DNA from: an uncultured Candidatus Saccharibacteria bacterium
Lineage (GTDB): Bacteria > Patescibacteriota > Minisyncoccia > Phycocordibacterales > Phycocordibacteraceae
NCBI GenBank assembly: GCA_964357395.1
Contig: CAYHLC010000003.1
Span: forward strand, 14,080-78,079
Length of the DNA: 64,000 nucleotides
Reading direction: 5' to 3'
Below the pieces are notes generated by a model that ran no database searches, was not told where the DNA came from, and saw only the letters and a program-made list of their open reading frames with translations. How positions within the stretch are numbered: position 1 is the stretch's first letter; every line of letters begins with the position of its first letter. Positions 10,013 to 18,818 of this stretch are shown here, one piece after another. A program made the translations under genes and the position numbers.

Positions 10013-10245
10013 TCGTTCTCCACCTCGCGTCCGATGCGCGCTTCGCGAGCGAGTATATATGCAAGGAGGGCTAATGATGCACCACCGTATCCAATCCACT
10101 TTGCAATTGTAGGGTTCGGCCACTCCATCATGTCGGGCACAAACGGCATGAGCGCCAGTGCTACGAAGGTTGCAAAAGCAACTCGCTCTACCGTCAGGGC
10201 CCGTTTGTGATCCGCCTCAGCCCCGGATTCAACTTCTCGTCTCAT
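10009..10245 (-). CDS. Small 2-TM hypothetical protein
   Basis: 78 aa; TAGGCT-N6-ATG; two hydrophobic segments. Confidence 0.55.
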   Translation of the reverse strand: MRREVESGAEADHKRALTVERVAFATFVALALMPFVPDMMEWPNPTIAKWIGYGGASLALLAYILAREARIGREVEND

Positions 10246-10293
10246 ACGGTTAGCCTACGCCCGCGCCCCCCGTCCTTGTCAAAACAAAAACCG

Positions 10294-10311
10294 CCCGCCT
10301 GCGCAGGCAGG
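10294..10311. repeat. Short GC-rich palindromic (REP-like) element
   Basis: cccGCCTGCGCAGGCagg; perfect 12-bp palindrome at 10297-10308. Confidence 0.45.
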
Positions 10312-10348
10312 CCCGAAGGGGCTGTTGTGCAGCGCGACAGTCACTGTT

Positions 10349-10477
10349 TTAGAAACGGATTGCTGCGATGAACAATAACCCTAATCCCACCGAGCCAAAA
10401 ACCTCCAAAGCCCACTTTCGGGTGCGCCGTCGATCAACTGCCATTCTTCGTTCTTCTCCACTACTATTGAACTTCAT
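10349..10477 (-). CDS. Tail-anchored microprotein (42 aa)
   Basis: Manual: MKFNSSGEERRMAVDRRRTRKWALEVFGSVGLGLLFIAAIRF; TGcTATAAA-N6-ATG. Confidence 0.5.
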   Translation of the reverse strand: MKFNSSGEERRMAVDRRRTRKWALEVFGSVGLGLLFIAAIRF

Positions 10478-10600
10478 GCACAGTTTATAGCACTCCGAAC
10501 TTGGTGAGTCAAATTATTTGCCGTCGGTGTCGCACCTCGGGATGCCTATTTATCCACGTGCATAAATTGGTATCCTCTGATTTTGAGATAGTGTAGGTAT

Positions 10601-11239
10601 ATGGCGGTGCTGTTGCGAGAGCTGCATTCGAAGTCGTGGGAGGAAAAGTTGTTTCCGCAAAAGCCGGTGGCTGAATATTCAGGCAAGGAACTGACCGTTG
10701 CTCTACTCGCACTTCTTGCAGGCGGCGTTGTTGTGGTGTCGATGATAGCTGCGCCAGGACTGACACACGTTTTTGCTCACTTCAGTGCCAAGAGTAAGCA
10801 TGAGCGGTACCGAATCTATAACCGCCTCACGAAGTTGGAGAAGTCAGGATATGTACATAAATCCGGGCACTACTTTGTGCCAGCGCCAAAAGGGGTGGTC
10901 CTGATTCGCAAATCAATGTTGCGTGCCCGTACCAAGACGGGTGTGAAGCGGTGGGATGGTCGATGGCACATTGTGCTCTTCGATCTCCCTCGTACGCATG
11001 CCCCATCGCGGCAGGACTTGCGGCACTTCCTCTTGGACATTGGCTATGTGCACTACCAACACTCCGTGTTTGTCCACAAGTTTGACTTTAAAAAGGAGGT
11101 CGAGGAATTCTGCGCGCTTTACGGGGTGCGCGCATTTGTTAACTTTATTACCGCAACCGCCTTCGATAACACTCCTTCCGTTGAGAAAGAATTTATGAGG
11201 ATACAAAAACGCGCACGTGCGCAAAAAGGTAGCCCGTAG
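10601..11239 (+). CDS. PaaX-like transcriptional regulator (wHTH plus Cas2-like central domain)
   Basis: RLTKLEKSGYV wHTH; WDGRWHIVLFDLP...R..LR..L...GY...QHSVFV. Confidence 0.8.
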   Translation: MAVLLRELHSKSWEEKLFPQKPVAEYSGKELTVALLALLAGGVVVVSMIAAPGLTHVFAHFSAKSKHERYRIYNRLTKLEKSGYVHKSGHYFVPAPKGVVLIRKSMLRARTKTGVKRWDGRWHIVLFDLPRTHAPSRQDLRHFLLDIGYVHYQHSVFVHKFDFKKEVEEFCALYGVRAFVNFITATAFDNTPSVEKEFMRIQKRARAQKGSP

Positions 11240-11284
11240 TCAGGTCGTGATGTTTAAACAAAAAAACCGCCCGAGTGGGACTGA

Positions 11285-11491
11285 TCAATTTTTATGTTCT
11301 TTACTGTCGCTCTCGGTAGAGAATACGAGCCACATCAATCCACCTACTCCAGCAAAAAGTCCGGAGCCTATTAGAGCCATTCCTACTCGCATGTCATCGT
11401 GCGGGACTGCTGAACCCAAAATAGCACCAATCACCCCGCCAGCTATGATCCACTGCCAGGCGTTACCCTTCCGTATACGTTCATTTGTCAT
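11285..11491 (-). CDS. Small 2-TM hypothetical protein
   Basis: 68 aa; TAAAAT-N6-ATG; GxxxG helices. Confidence 0.55.
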   Translation of the reverse strand: MTNERIRKGNAWQWIIAGGVIGAILGSAVPHDDMRVGMALIGSGLFAGVGGLMWLVFSTESDSKEHKN

Positions 11492-11542
11492 GTGTACATT
11501 TTACACCTTGCTCAACAGCCAATTGTCCCTGCGGTAACAACA

Positions 11543-12184
11543 CTACTTGTCGTCAGTGTCGGAGCCGACAACAGTGGGGGTGGTGTCGTCGTCAGAGTCC
11601 TCCGCGTCGCCCTTCTCAGGCTGCTCGGGTTCCTCGGGGTTGGTGCCCGCAATGAAGGATGGTAGGTATGCTGATCGTGACGAACCAAGGAGATACGTCT
11701 TCGATGCCTCGCCCATGTCGATGAAGTCGTCTACCGCCTCACGTAGGCGGCCGGAAGCGGACTTGCCAAAGGCCATTGCCTCGACCTGGACGCCCTGGCT
11801 CTTGAGGTACTCAACTAGTGGTACGAAGTCGCCATCGCCCGAGGCGAGGACTATGGCGTCCAACTTAGAGGCGAACTTGACTGCGTCCATAGCGATACCG
11901 ACGTCCCAGTCTGCCTTCTTGGCGCCGCCATAAAAGACTTGCAGGTCCTTGGTCTTGGTCTCGATGCCGATCTTGGTAAGCGCTTCGAAGAAGGCCTTCT
12001 CATCTCCCGACTCGGTGGTGACGACGTATGCTGCTGCATGGATAAGAGTGCGTCCCGCCACCGCCTCCTTTAAGACCGCGCCGAAGTTGACCCTCGATCG
12101 GTACAGATTCTTGGCAGAGTGGTAGAGGTTTTGTGTGTCGATAAAGACGCCAACTCGCTGTGCTTTGTGTTTGATTGCTGTCAT
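11543..12184 (-). CDS. NYN-domain (LabA/DUF88, PIN-like) protein
   Basis: VFIDTQNLYH, KKADWDVGIAMD, LASGDGDFVPL, LREAVDDFID. Confidence 0.9.
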   Translation of the reverse strand: MTAIKHKAQRVGVFIDTQNLYHSAKNLYRSRVNFGAVLKEAVAGRTLIHAAAYVVTTESGDEKAFFEALTKIGIETKTKDLQVFYGGAKKADWDVGIAMDAVKFASKLDAIVLASGDGDFVPLVEYLKSQGVQVEAMAFGKSASGRLREAVDDFIDMGEASKTYLLGSSRSAYLPSFIAGTNPEEPEQPEKGDAEDSDDDTTPTVVGSDTDDK

Positions 12185-12229
12185 AGATATTAAAAAATTA
12201 AGAGGCTCTTATATATACGTACGAATACT

Positions 12230-12283
12230 AAAAAAGTTTCAGCCTCTACACGTAAGTGTAGCGCATCACTATGAAAGGCTGAA
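12230..12283 (-). terminator. Probable terminator/stem-loop after rpsO
   Basis: TTCAGCCT/AGGCTGAA arms enclosing CTACAC-gtaa-GTGTAG, followed by a T-run on the minus strand. Confidence 0.45.
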
Positions 12284-12298
12284 GAAGTTCGGAGAGGC

Positions 12299-12565
12299 TT
12301 ACTTCTTCAATCCGAGAGTCTTGATGATCTTGGTGTAGCCCTTCTTGTCTGACTTCTCAAGATACTTGAGGTGGGTGCGGCGATCGGCAACCATCTGGAG
12401 GAGGCCGCGGCGGCTGTGCTTGTCCTTCAGGTGCTTCTTGAGGTGACCGGTGAGCTCGTTGATCTTCTTCGTTAGGAGTGCAACCTGGACCGATGCCGAG
12501 CCAGTATCGTCTGAATGCTTCTGGACGGCCTTAACGACCCTCGCCTTCTGCGTCTTTGTCAGCAT
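12299..12565 (-). CDS. rpsO: 30S ribosomal protein S15
   Basis: DTGSASVQVALLT...HLKKHLKDKHSRRGLLQMVADRR. Confidence 0.98.
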   Translation of the reverse strand: MLTKTQKARVVKAVQKHSDDTGSASVQVALLTKKINELTGHLKKHLKDKHSRRGLLQMVADRRTHLKYLEKSDKKGYTKIIKTLGLKK

Positions 12566-12640
12566 TGTGGTACTCTAGCACGCTTTTTTGCCGATTGCAA
12601 CTACTTCTTCTTACCTCAGAAGGCAGGAAACCGAGCCCCG

Positions 12641-13011
12641 TTAGTACCAGTCGTCCGCAGTGCGCCTCAGCTCCCGGATGGATTGGCTAACACCCATAGA
12701 CGCAACAAGTGCAACAATAATGCCACCCGCGATGCCAAGTATCATTTCAGTGAGCTTTGCCTGGTCCATATCTGTAAAGACTTCAGGGAACCCGAACACG
12801 CCTGCCCAATACATTGCCGTTGCTCCGGAATATCCAGCATCGATCAGTCCTCCAAGGACGAGCAAGCTGCACCACCGAGGAGTGCGAGGCAGAATGCCCC
12901 ATAGAGTACGGTGAGTGCAGTTCGCTTTACGGTAAACTTTTCTCTATCAGGCACAAGAGATCGCGCAGTAATGTGCGGTGGAGACATCATCGCGTGACGT
13001 ACCTCGACCAT
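12641..13011 (-). pseudogene. Membrane protein gene split by an apparent 1-nt frameshift near 12866
   Basis: ORF 13011..12844 (...AFCLALLGGAA) continues naturally in the other frame as LLVLGGLIDAG... to the stop at 12641. Confidence 0.4.
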
Positions 13012-13110
13012 ATGTAATTTAGTTGTACTCCTATCAAATATGAAGGGAAAGTGAGCAAAGGGGATAAGCTTGGGGATTTATTGTGCGAAGTGTGGGGATA
13101 TACTACCTAT

Positions 13111-14028
13111 ATGATGCTCTCGGAGCTGAAACGCGAGTTCCTCGAGTACCTGGAGATCACCAAGGGCCGCTCTATCAAGACGGTGACGAACTATGACCAC
13201 TACCTCTCGCGTTTCCTCAAGTTTGCAAAGACCGAGTCCCCTTCTGGGATTACGGACGCAGTGATTCGAGAGTATCGGCTTTGGCTGAATAGGCAGCCAG
13301 GGCCGACAGGTACACTCAAGAGGAAGACCCAAAACTTCCACCTCATTGCCCTTCGCGCATTCCTCAAGTACCTCGCCAAGCGAGATGTGAAGAGTTTGCA
13401 GCCAGACAAGATCGAGCTCGCCAAGGTCCCCGAGCGCTCGCTCGACCTCATAACCCATGCGGAACTCGAGCGGCTTATGAACGCGCCCTCCGAAGCTTCA
13501 GCGAAGGAGGGGGCCCCAAAATTAAAGGCGTTACGGGACAAGGCGATATTGGAACTCCTCTTCTCTACCGGGCTCCGCGTCTCCGAGCTGTGCTCCTTGG
13601 ACTCCGACCTCGACCTGACTCGAGACGAGTTGTCGGTGCGCGGTAAGGGGGAGAAGATCCGAGTCGTGTTCCTCTCTGACCCTGCCAAGAAAGCAACCGC
13701 TGCGTATCTGAAGGCCAGGAAGGACATGGAAGAGGCACTATTCGTAAGCTACGGCAGAGGCAACCAGAAGCCAGGGCGACTCACGCCACGTGCGGTCGAG
13801 ATGTCGGTCAAATACTATGCGATCAAAGCGGGTATTACAAAAAAGGTGACGCCCCACGTCATCCGCCACTCGTTCGCGACCGACTTGCTGGAGAACGGCG
13901 CCGACCTCCGCTCAGTGCAGGCGCTCCTCGGCCACGCCAATATTCAGACTACGCAGGTCTACACCCACGTCACCGACAAGCACCTGCGTGACATCCACAA
14001 ACGCTTCCACGGCCAACGCCGCGGCTAG
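13111..14028 (+). CDS. XerC/XerD-family tyrosine recombinase
   Basis: RDKAILELLFSTGLRVSEL, VRGKGEKIR, HVIRHSFAT, LLGHANIQTTQVY (R-K-H-R-H-Y); TATACT-N6-ATG. Confidence 0.95.
   Translation: MMLSELKREFLEYLEITKGRSIKTVTNYDHYLSRFLKFAKTESPSGITDAVIREYRLWLNRQPGPTGTLKRKTQNFHLIALRAFLKYLAKRDVKSLQPDKIELAKVPERSLDLITHAELERLMNAPSEASAKEGAPKLKALRDKAILELLFSTGLRVSELCSLDSDLDLTRDELSVRGKGEKIRVVFLSDPAKKATAAYLKARKDMEEALFVSYGRGNQKPGRLTPRAVEMSVKYYAIKAGITKKVTPHVIRHSFATDLLENGADLRSVQALLGHANIQTTQVYTHVTDKHLRDIHKRFHGQRRG
13486..13511 (+). repeat. Palindromic element in frame within xer
   Basis: CCCTCC-GAAGCTTCAGCGAA-GGAGGG encoding PSEASAKEG. Confidence 0.55.
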
Positions 14029-14089
14029 CAGTTGCTACTAGTAGTAACCAGCGCCCCCCAACCAAGGTTAGATAGATGGCGCCAGAGAT

Positions 14090-14118
14090 TTGACACAAAG
14101 TCTATAAAGTGTTAGTAT
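14090..14118 (+). promoter_or_regulatory. sigma70-type promoter
   Basis: TTGACA-N17-TAGTAT. Confidence 0.6.
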
Positions 14119-14146
14119 ATATCTAGCGCCAAAGGGCGCATTTTGT

Positions 14147-15166
14147 ATGGAACGCACATACGTATTGATCGGTGCACTCGTCAGCTTTGTCGCACTTGCG
14201 ACGGCGACGGAAGCAATTGCTGACGTCATTCCTGACCCTGAGCAGGTGGACACCTCGTTCGACTCGCTCGAGCGCCTACTTGCGCAGGTGCACTCGCCCT
14301 ACGTCACCGCAGACTCCCTCACACAACTGAAGAAGGTGTTGGAGTATCGCGTACACGACCTTGATGTGTTGATCGCAGCAATGAAGGAGGTAGCACCTGA
14401 TGACTCAAACGAGATGGTCAAGCTTATGCGCGCTCGGAACGAACTTGCAGTTATAGAGGATCGTATCGATCAACTACTTCCTCGTCTCGAGGAGCTGGAG
14501 CGCAGTGGCAAGAGTGCATACCGGATCAACATGGCTGCAGCGGAGGACGCAAAGCTTATCCCGAAGTTTGATGTCGACGAGGTAGAGGAGATACACAAGC
14601 GCACGGTCGGGCTCTACAACGGAGTGACGTACGGTGAGGTTTTGATCAAAGACAAAAACGCAAACTTGATCGAGGTTAAGCTCACTGACCTTATTAAGCT
14701 CGGCAATACGTCAGACAAGGTATCGCCCGCTCTCGCACACCGCTTCGTTGAGATTTTGCAAAACACGAACAGTGGAGCTAGTGGATGGCAGCTGAACTCC
14801 GGGGCATTCGAGCATCCAAAAGCACATGGTGGCGGCTCGGAACACATCCGTAGTCCGCAAATGCTTAACTGCATTGATATCAGGCCGACCCTTGATAAGG
14901 GTATGGACCCACGGCGCCTTGGCGAGTTCCTCCTTGCAGCGCAGAAGAGCGGGGATATCTCCTTCTTCCAGCTCGAGACGGGACCTGATTACACTGTCGA
15001 CCAGATGAAGGCCGCTCTTGTTAAGGAGTGGGGCGGCAAGGCAACTCCTGATGAGCTGAAGTATATGCTGAGCAAGGTCCACGCAGGCGGATCTGGTATC
15101 CACTTCCACACCGAGTTTAAAGGCCCCGCGTTCCACACAGCGTATCCCGATACGCGTGCTGCATAG
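14147..15166 (+). CDS. Secreted/anchored hypothetical protein, possible C-terminal M15/LAS-type Zn peptidase
   Basis: Signal peptide, coiled coil, then SEH...CIDIR and IHFHTEF (H..D..HxH). Confidence 0.6.
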   Translation: MERTYVLIGALVSFVALATATEAIADVIPDPEQVDTSFDSLERLLAQVHSPYVTADSLTQLKKVLEYRVHDLDVLIAAMKEVAPDDSNEMVKLMRARNELAVIEDRIDQLLPRLEELERSGKSAYRINMAAAEDAKLIPKFDVDEVEEIHKRTVGLYNGVTYGEVLIKDKNANLIEVKLTDLIKLGNTSDKVSPALAHRFVEILQNTNSGASGWQLNSGAFEHPKAHGGGSEHIRSPQMLNCIDIRPTLDKGMDPRRLGEFLLAAQKSGDISFFQLETGPDYTVDQMKAALVKEWGGKATPDELKYMLSKVHAGGSGIHFHTEFKGPAFHTAYPDTRAA

Positions 15167-15187
15167 AGCTAGTGTTATTCTGCCCTT

Positions 15188-15985
15188 ATGCGACTCGCCT
15201 CTTGGAACGTCAACGGCATACGGGCAGTCAACAATAAGGGCTTATTAGTGCCCTTTTTTAAGAAGTACGACCCAGACATCGTCTGCTTGCAGGAGACCAA
15301 GGCCATGGAAGGCCAGGCCGAGGTCGACCTCCCCGAGTATGAGGAGTATTGGAATAGCGCAGTTAAGAAGGGCTACTCCGGCACGGCCATCTTTACCAAA
15401 ACAAAGCCGCTTTCGGTGGTCAACGGGATCCCAGACAAGTTTTGCAAAAAGTTTGGTTTAGTTGCCGACAAGTATGGCGACCCTACGACCGAAGGGCGGG
15501 TCATCGCAGCCGAGTTCCCCAAGTTCTGGGTCATTGCTGTATACACGCCGAACGCCAAAGAGAGCCTCGACCGACTGAAGCTCCGCCATGAGCAATGGGA
15601 CCCTGCCTTCCTCGCGTACTGCGTGGAGTTGCAGAAAAAGAAGCCAGTCTTGTTCTGTGGTGACCTCAATGTCGCGCACGGGCCAGACGATCTGACACAT
15701 CCTAAGGCGAATGAGGGTGGGCACGGGTACACGGAAGAAGAGCGTTCGGGCATCGACAAGATTTTGGCCGCAGGATTCGTCGACACGTTCCGCCTCTTTA
15801 CGAAAGGCAATGGCCACTACAGCTGGTGGAGCAACTTTAGTAACGCCCGCGCAAGGAACGTTGGCTGGCGTATCGACTACTGGTTCGCCACGAAGTCGCT
15901 GGTCCCTAAGATCAAGGCCGCCACCATTGCGCCCGAGATCATGGGCTCCGACCACTGCCCTGTCATCCTAGATATTGCGATTTAG
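15188..15985 (+). CDS. xth: Exodeoxyribonuclease III (AP endonuclease)
   Basis: SWNVNGIRA, CLQETK, GYSGTA, CGDLNVAH, GWRIDY, GSDHCPV. Confidence 0.97.
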   Translation: MRLASWNVNGIRAVNNKGLLVPFFKKYDPDIVCLQETKAMEGQAEVDLPEYEEYWNSAVKKGYSGTAIFTKTKPLSVVNGIPDKFCKKFGLVADKYGDPTTEGRVIAAEFPKFWVIAVYTPNAKESLDRLKLRHEQWDPAFLAYCVELQKKKPVLFCGDLNVAHGPDDLTHPKANEGGHGYTEEERSGIDKILAAGFVDTFRLFTKGNGHYSWWSNFSNARARNVGWRIDYWFATKSLVPKIKAATIAPEIMGSDHCPVILDIAI

Positions 15986-16278
15986 TCCTGCTCGGTCACT
16001 CGCTTAACCTCGCGGCCAAACAATACTCTAAATCCTGTGGTCTCGTGCTTCTCGTTGTAGATATACTCGTTGCCCACAATCTTGAAGCCATCAGGTATCC
16101 TCATTGATTCTGAACGCGACTTGCCACCGACTCCTGTAATCTCAAAGATTATTTCCTTTTCAAGGACCGTGATGTTTGTTATGTAGTCGTCCTTGGCGAG
16201 GTCAATATCCCTGTTGGTGATCTCGATGGTGACGGTCTCTATTTTGGCAAAAAGTTCCGGTCCTTGTGCGTACTCCAT
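15982..16278 (-). CDS. Hypothetical protein
   Basis: 98-aa ORF filling the gap; beta-rich. Confidence 0.55.
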   Translation of the reverse strand: MEYAQGPELFAKIETVTIEITNRDIDLAKDDYITNITVLEKEIIFEITGVGGKSRSESMRIPDGFKIVGNEYIYNEKHETTGFRVLFGREVKRVTEQD

Positions 16279-16287
16279 ACTGGTTAT

Positions 16288-16569
16288 TTATATCTCGTCC
16301 TTATAAAAGTCTACGATCACCGCTATGCCCGCTTCGTTGTAGCGACCAGCTGAACTGAAACTGTATCCTTTTGGTACCGGCACCTGCTTAACTCGTCGCA
16401 CGAAGCCTAGTTGATCAGAAATAAGCCTGAAATAGACAAATACAATGCCGTCCTTGCATATTCCCCATGCTATCTCGTTGGGATCCTCAAGCGGCACCTC
16501 TACACTTCGCGAGATTGGTTCCGCGCTGGCTAGCTTAACTGATTCTCCAAAGCCCATATTGTGTGTCAT
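16288..16569 (-). CDS. Hypothetical protein
   Basis: 93-aa ORF, co-oriented with and 9 nt from the next gene. Confidence 0.55.
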   Translation of the reverse strand: MTHNMGFGESVKLASAEPISRSVEVPLEDPNEIAWGICKDGIVFVYFRLISDQLGFVRRVKQVPVPKGYSFSSAGRYNEAGIAVIVDFYKDEI

Positions 16570-16675
16570 ATCTAGGTAATACTTAGCCTACCATGTCAAG
16601 GTTACGCCGGATTGCGGGCCTAGCTGTGGCTAACTAGTATGGACTTCTGATGAAGGTGGGCGTACGCTGCACCTT

Positions 16676-17146
16676 ATGTCTCCAGAGCTCCGCATCGGAC
16701 TCCTGGCAGTTGGTGCATCGGCTCTCGCGGTGCTCCTAGTTTCTGAGTGGGAGAACGTCACATCAGTTTTTGATAGCGAGCAACCTAAGTTCGGTACCGG
16801 CCTCCGCCCGGCATTTAGCGACGTTCCACCTCGTATCGAAGCCCCTGTGGAGCAGCCGAACATCTTCCAGAACAACATGAAGAAAATTGATGACGGCCAA
16901 ACGATGTTCAGAAATGCTGCTGTTGGTAGGCGGGTGGATATGGCCTGCTTCAACGGGCTTATGAACGACATCGATAGTAACCAGGAACAACTAATCAGCA
17001 TCAGGCAGTTCCTCGAGAGTGGTCAGGGTACTCCTGAGGAGCGAGCAGATGCATTGGCTCTGGCAAATAAGCTAAGTCACGATATCTTTTCTAAGATGGG
17101 CAATGCGCAGCGCATGATAAGCGGACAGCCGGCCTTCTGCGCGTAA
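16676..17146 (+). CDS. Hypothetical N-terminally anchored protein
   Basis: 156 aa, N-terminal TM; TACGCT-N7-ATG. Confidence 0.6.
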   Translation: MSPELRIGLLAVGASALAVLLVSEWENVTSVFDSEQPKFGTGLRPAFSDVPPRIEAPVEQPNIFQNNMKKIDDGQTMFRNAAVGRRVDMACFNGLMNDIDSNQEQLISIRQFLESGQGTPEERADALALANKLSHDIFSKMGNAQRMISGQPAFCA

Positions 17147-17155
17147 TCCACAGGG

Positions 17156-17182
17156 TGTCCTTTACGACCTTTATAAAGGACA
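17156..17182. promoter_or_regulatory. Candidate operator (inverted repeat)
   Basis: TGTCCTTTA-N9-TAAAGGACA; identical arms recur at 19709/19744. Confidence 0.45.
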
Positions 17183-17284
17183 TATACTTATATCAGATGT
17201 TCCTTGGTTAGTGTCTTATTGGCTGCTTACACATCCTCATCTCCGTTGAAATTTGCGATGAAGTAGAGCCAACATACAATAACC

Positions 17285-17318
17285 GAAAAGCCTCCTACGG
17301 ACTCGTAGGAGGCTTTTC
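17285..17318. terminator. Bidirectional intrinsic terminator
   Basis: GAAAAGCCTCCTACG-gact-CGTAGGAGGCTTTTC, perfect 15-bp stem between convergent units. Confidence 0.85.
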
Positions 17319-17329
17319 ATATAGGGCAG

Positions 17330-18793
17330 TTAGTCTACCCAGAACTTCTTTTCTATGTCCTTTACAGCGTCAGCCTCGACTTCCTCCATTTTCCTCCGGC
17401 CGGAGGTGCCCATTTGGATCAACTGATTGTCCGATAGCTTAGACAGCTGCTTGGCCCTCTCGGACAGAGTCTCCCTAGTGTTTCTTGCAGGTTCCTCGAG
17501 CACTTCCTCAAGAAGGGCGTGGAGCATGTGCCCGACTCGGGGCCCCGGCTTCTCCCCTACCTGTTTCATAAGCTCGGCGCCGTCCAAGGCGAGCATCCCG
17601 ACGGTTACCGGATCGCGGAGTGCCTGCTCGACCATCGCCATGTACTTGCGGAGTCGGAACGGCTGCTCCTTCGGCCTCCCCGTACCTATCCGGTCACATA
17701 TACGGAGGTTCAGGAGATCGGCAACGTTCTCCCTACCCACATTCGCAATGATCCGGCGCACAGCGGACATAGTGATCTTATCAGGATCGGAAAAGAACAT
17801 GTGCCAGCGGACGAGCGCCACCACCTTGTCAGAGATGTCCTGTGGGAACTTGAGGTCACGCATAATCCTTTTCGTGACCTTGGCCCCCACTACCTCGTGG
17901 CCATGGAACGTCCAGTCCCGCTTCTCATCGGACCAACGTCTAGTCTCCGGCTTGGAGACGTCGTGGAACAGCGCTGCGACCCGCACGGCCGTGTTCCACT
18001 TCTTGTCCGCAGCGTGCTGCATAGCGCGCAGCAGGTGCTCGTACACGTCAAACGAGTGTGCCTGGTTCTGTGCAACGCCTATGCCTCGCTCGAGGTCGGG
18101 GGCAACGTGCTTGAGGAGGCCGAGTTTCTGCATCATCACCACTGCAGCCATAGGCTGGTCTGTCTTCACCGTCTTTAAGAGCTCGTCGCGGATACGCTCC
18201 TTAGAGATATTAGCCAGATTGTCGGCGTTCTTGTATATCGCCTCCGCAGTCCCCTGTTCGATAGCAAAGCCCAGCTCCGCCGCGAGGCGGACCGCGCGCA
18301 TCATCCGGAGTGCGTCCTCCTTAAAGCGCATCTCTGCGTCCCCCACGGCGCGCAGCAACTTCCCTTTCATATCCGTTTGTCCGCCGTGCTCGTCCACCAG
18401 CTTTCCAGACTTTGGACGGTACGCAAGTGCGTTGACGGTAAAGTCGCGTCGGGTGAGGTCCTCACTAAGGCTCACTCCGAATGTCACACTCTCTGGCCTC
18501 CTAGCATCCTTGTACTCCCCCTCCGCCCGATACGGGGTCACCTCAACCACCTGCAGCGTCTCGTCCTCGCTCTCCGTCTTGACCCCCACTGTGCCGAAGT
18601 CGTTTTCATAAAAGCTGTCTGGGAAGACATTCTGAATCTGATCTGGATGTGCGTTGGTCGTGATGTCCCAGTCCTTAGGCACCTTCCCCACCAAGAGGTC
18701 GCGCACGCAGCCACCCACGAGGTATGCCTCGTACCCCGCCTTTTCCAGCTCGTCTGCTACACCTTGTACGACCGGTGGGATAGTAAACTTCAC
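17330..18793 (-). CDS. cca: CCA tRNA nucleotidyltransferase with HD domain
   Basis: LVGGCVRD..KDWD, DLTRRDFTVNA, EDALRMMRAVR, ERIRDEL, LFHDVSKP, FHGHEVVG. Confidence 0.93.
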   Translation of the reverse strand: MKFTIPPVVQGVADELEKAGYEAYLVGGCVRDLLVGKVPKDWDITTNAHPDQIQNVFPDSFYENDFGTVGVKTESEDETLQVVEVTPYRAEGEYKDARRPESVTFGVSLSEDLTRRDFTVNALAYRPKSGKLVDEHGGQTDMKGKLLRAVGDAEMRFKEDALRMMRAVRLAAELGFAIEQGTAEAIYKNADNLANISKERIRDELLKTVKTDQPMAAVVMMQKLGLLKHVAPDLERGIGVAQNQAHSFDVYEHLLRAMQHAADKKWNTAVRVAALFHDVSKPETRRWSDEKRDWTFHGHEVVGAKVTKRIMRDLKFPQDISDKVVALVRWHMFFSDPDKITMSAVRRIIANVGRENVADLLNLRICDRIGTGRPKEQPFRLRKYMAMVEQALRDPVTVGMLALDGAELMKQVGEKPGPRVGHMLHALLEEVLEEPARNTRETLSERAKQLSKLSDNQLIQMGTSGRRKMEEVEADAVKDIEKKFWVD

Positions 18794-18818
18794 ATTGCTA
18801 TTGTACAGTTAATTCACT

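Noticed and set aside
10601-11239. Cas2/CRISPR locus
   Set aside because: The Cas2-like segment is the PaaX central domain behind a wHTH; no cas1 or repeat-spacer array was seen in the window
13111-14028. Integrase of a prophage or island
   Set aside because: Size and motifs fit a housekeeping XerC/D; no phage genes or att repeats nearby, and it is far from the TrmB/Liv block
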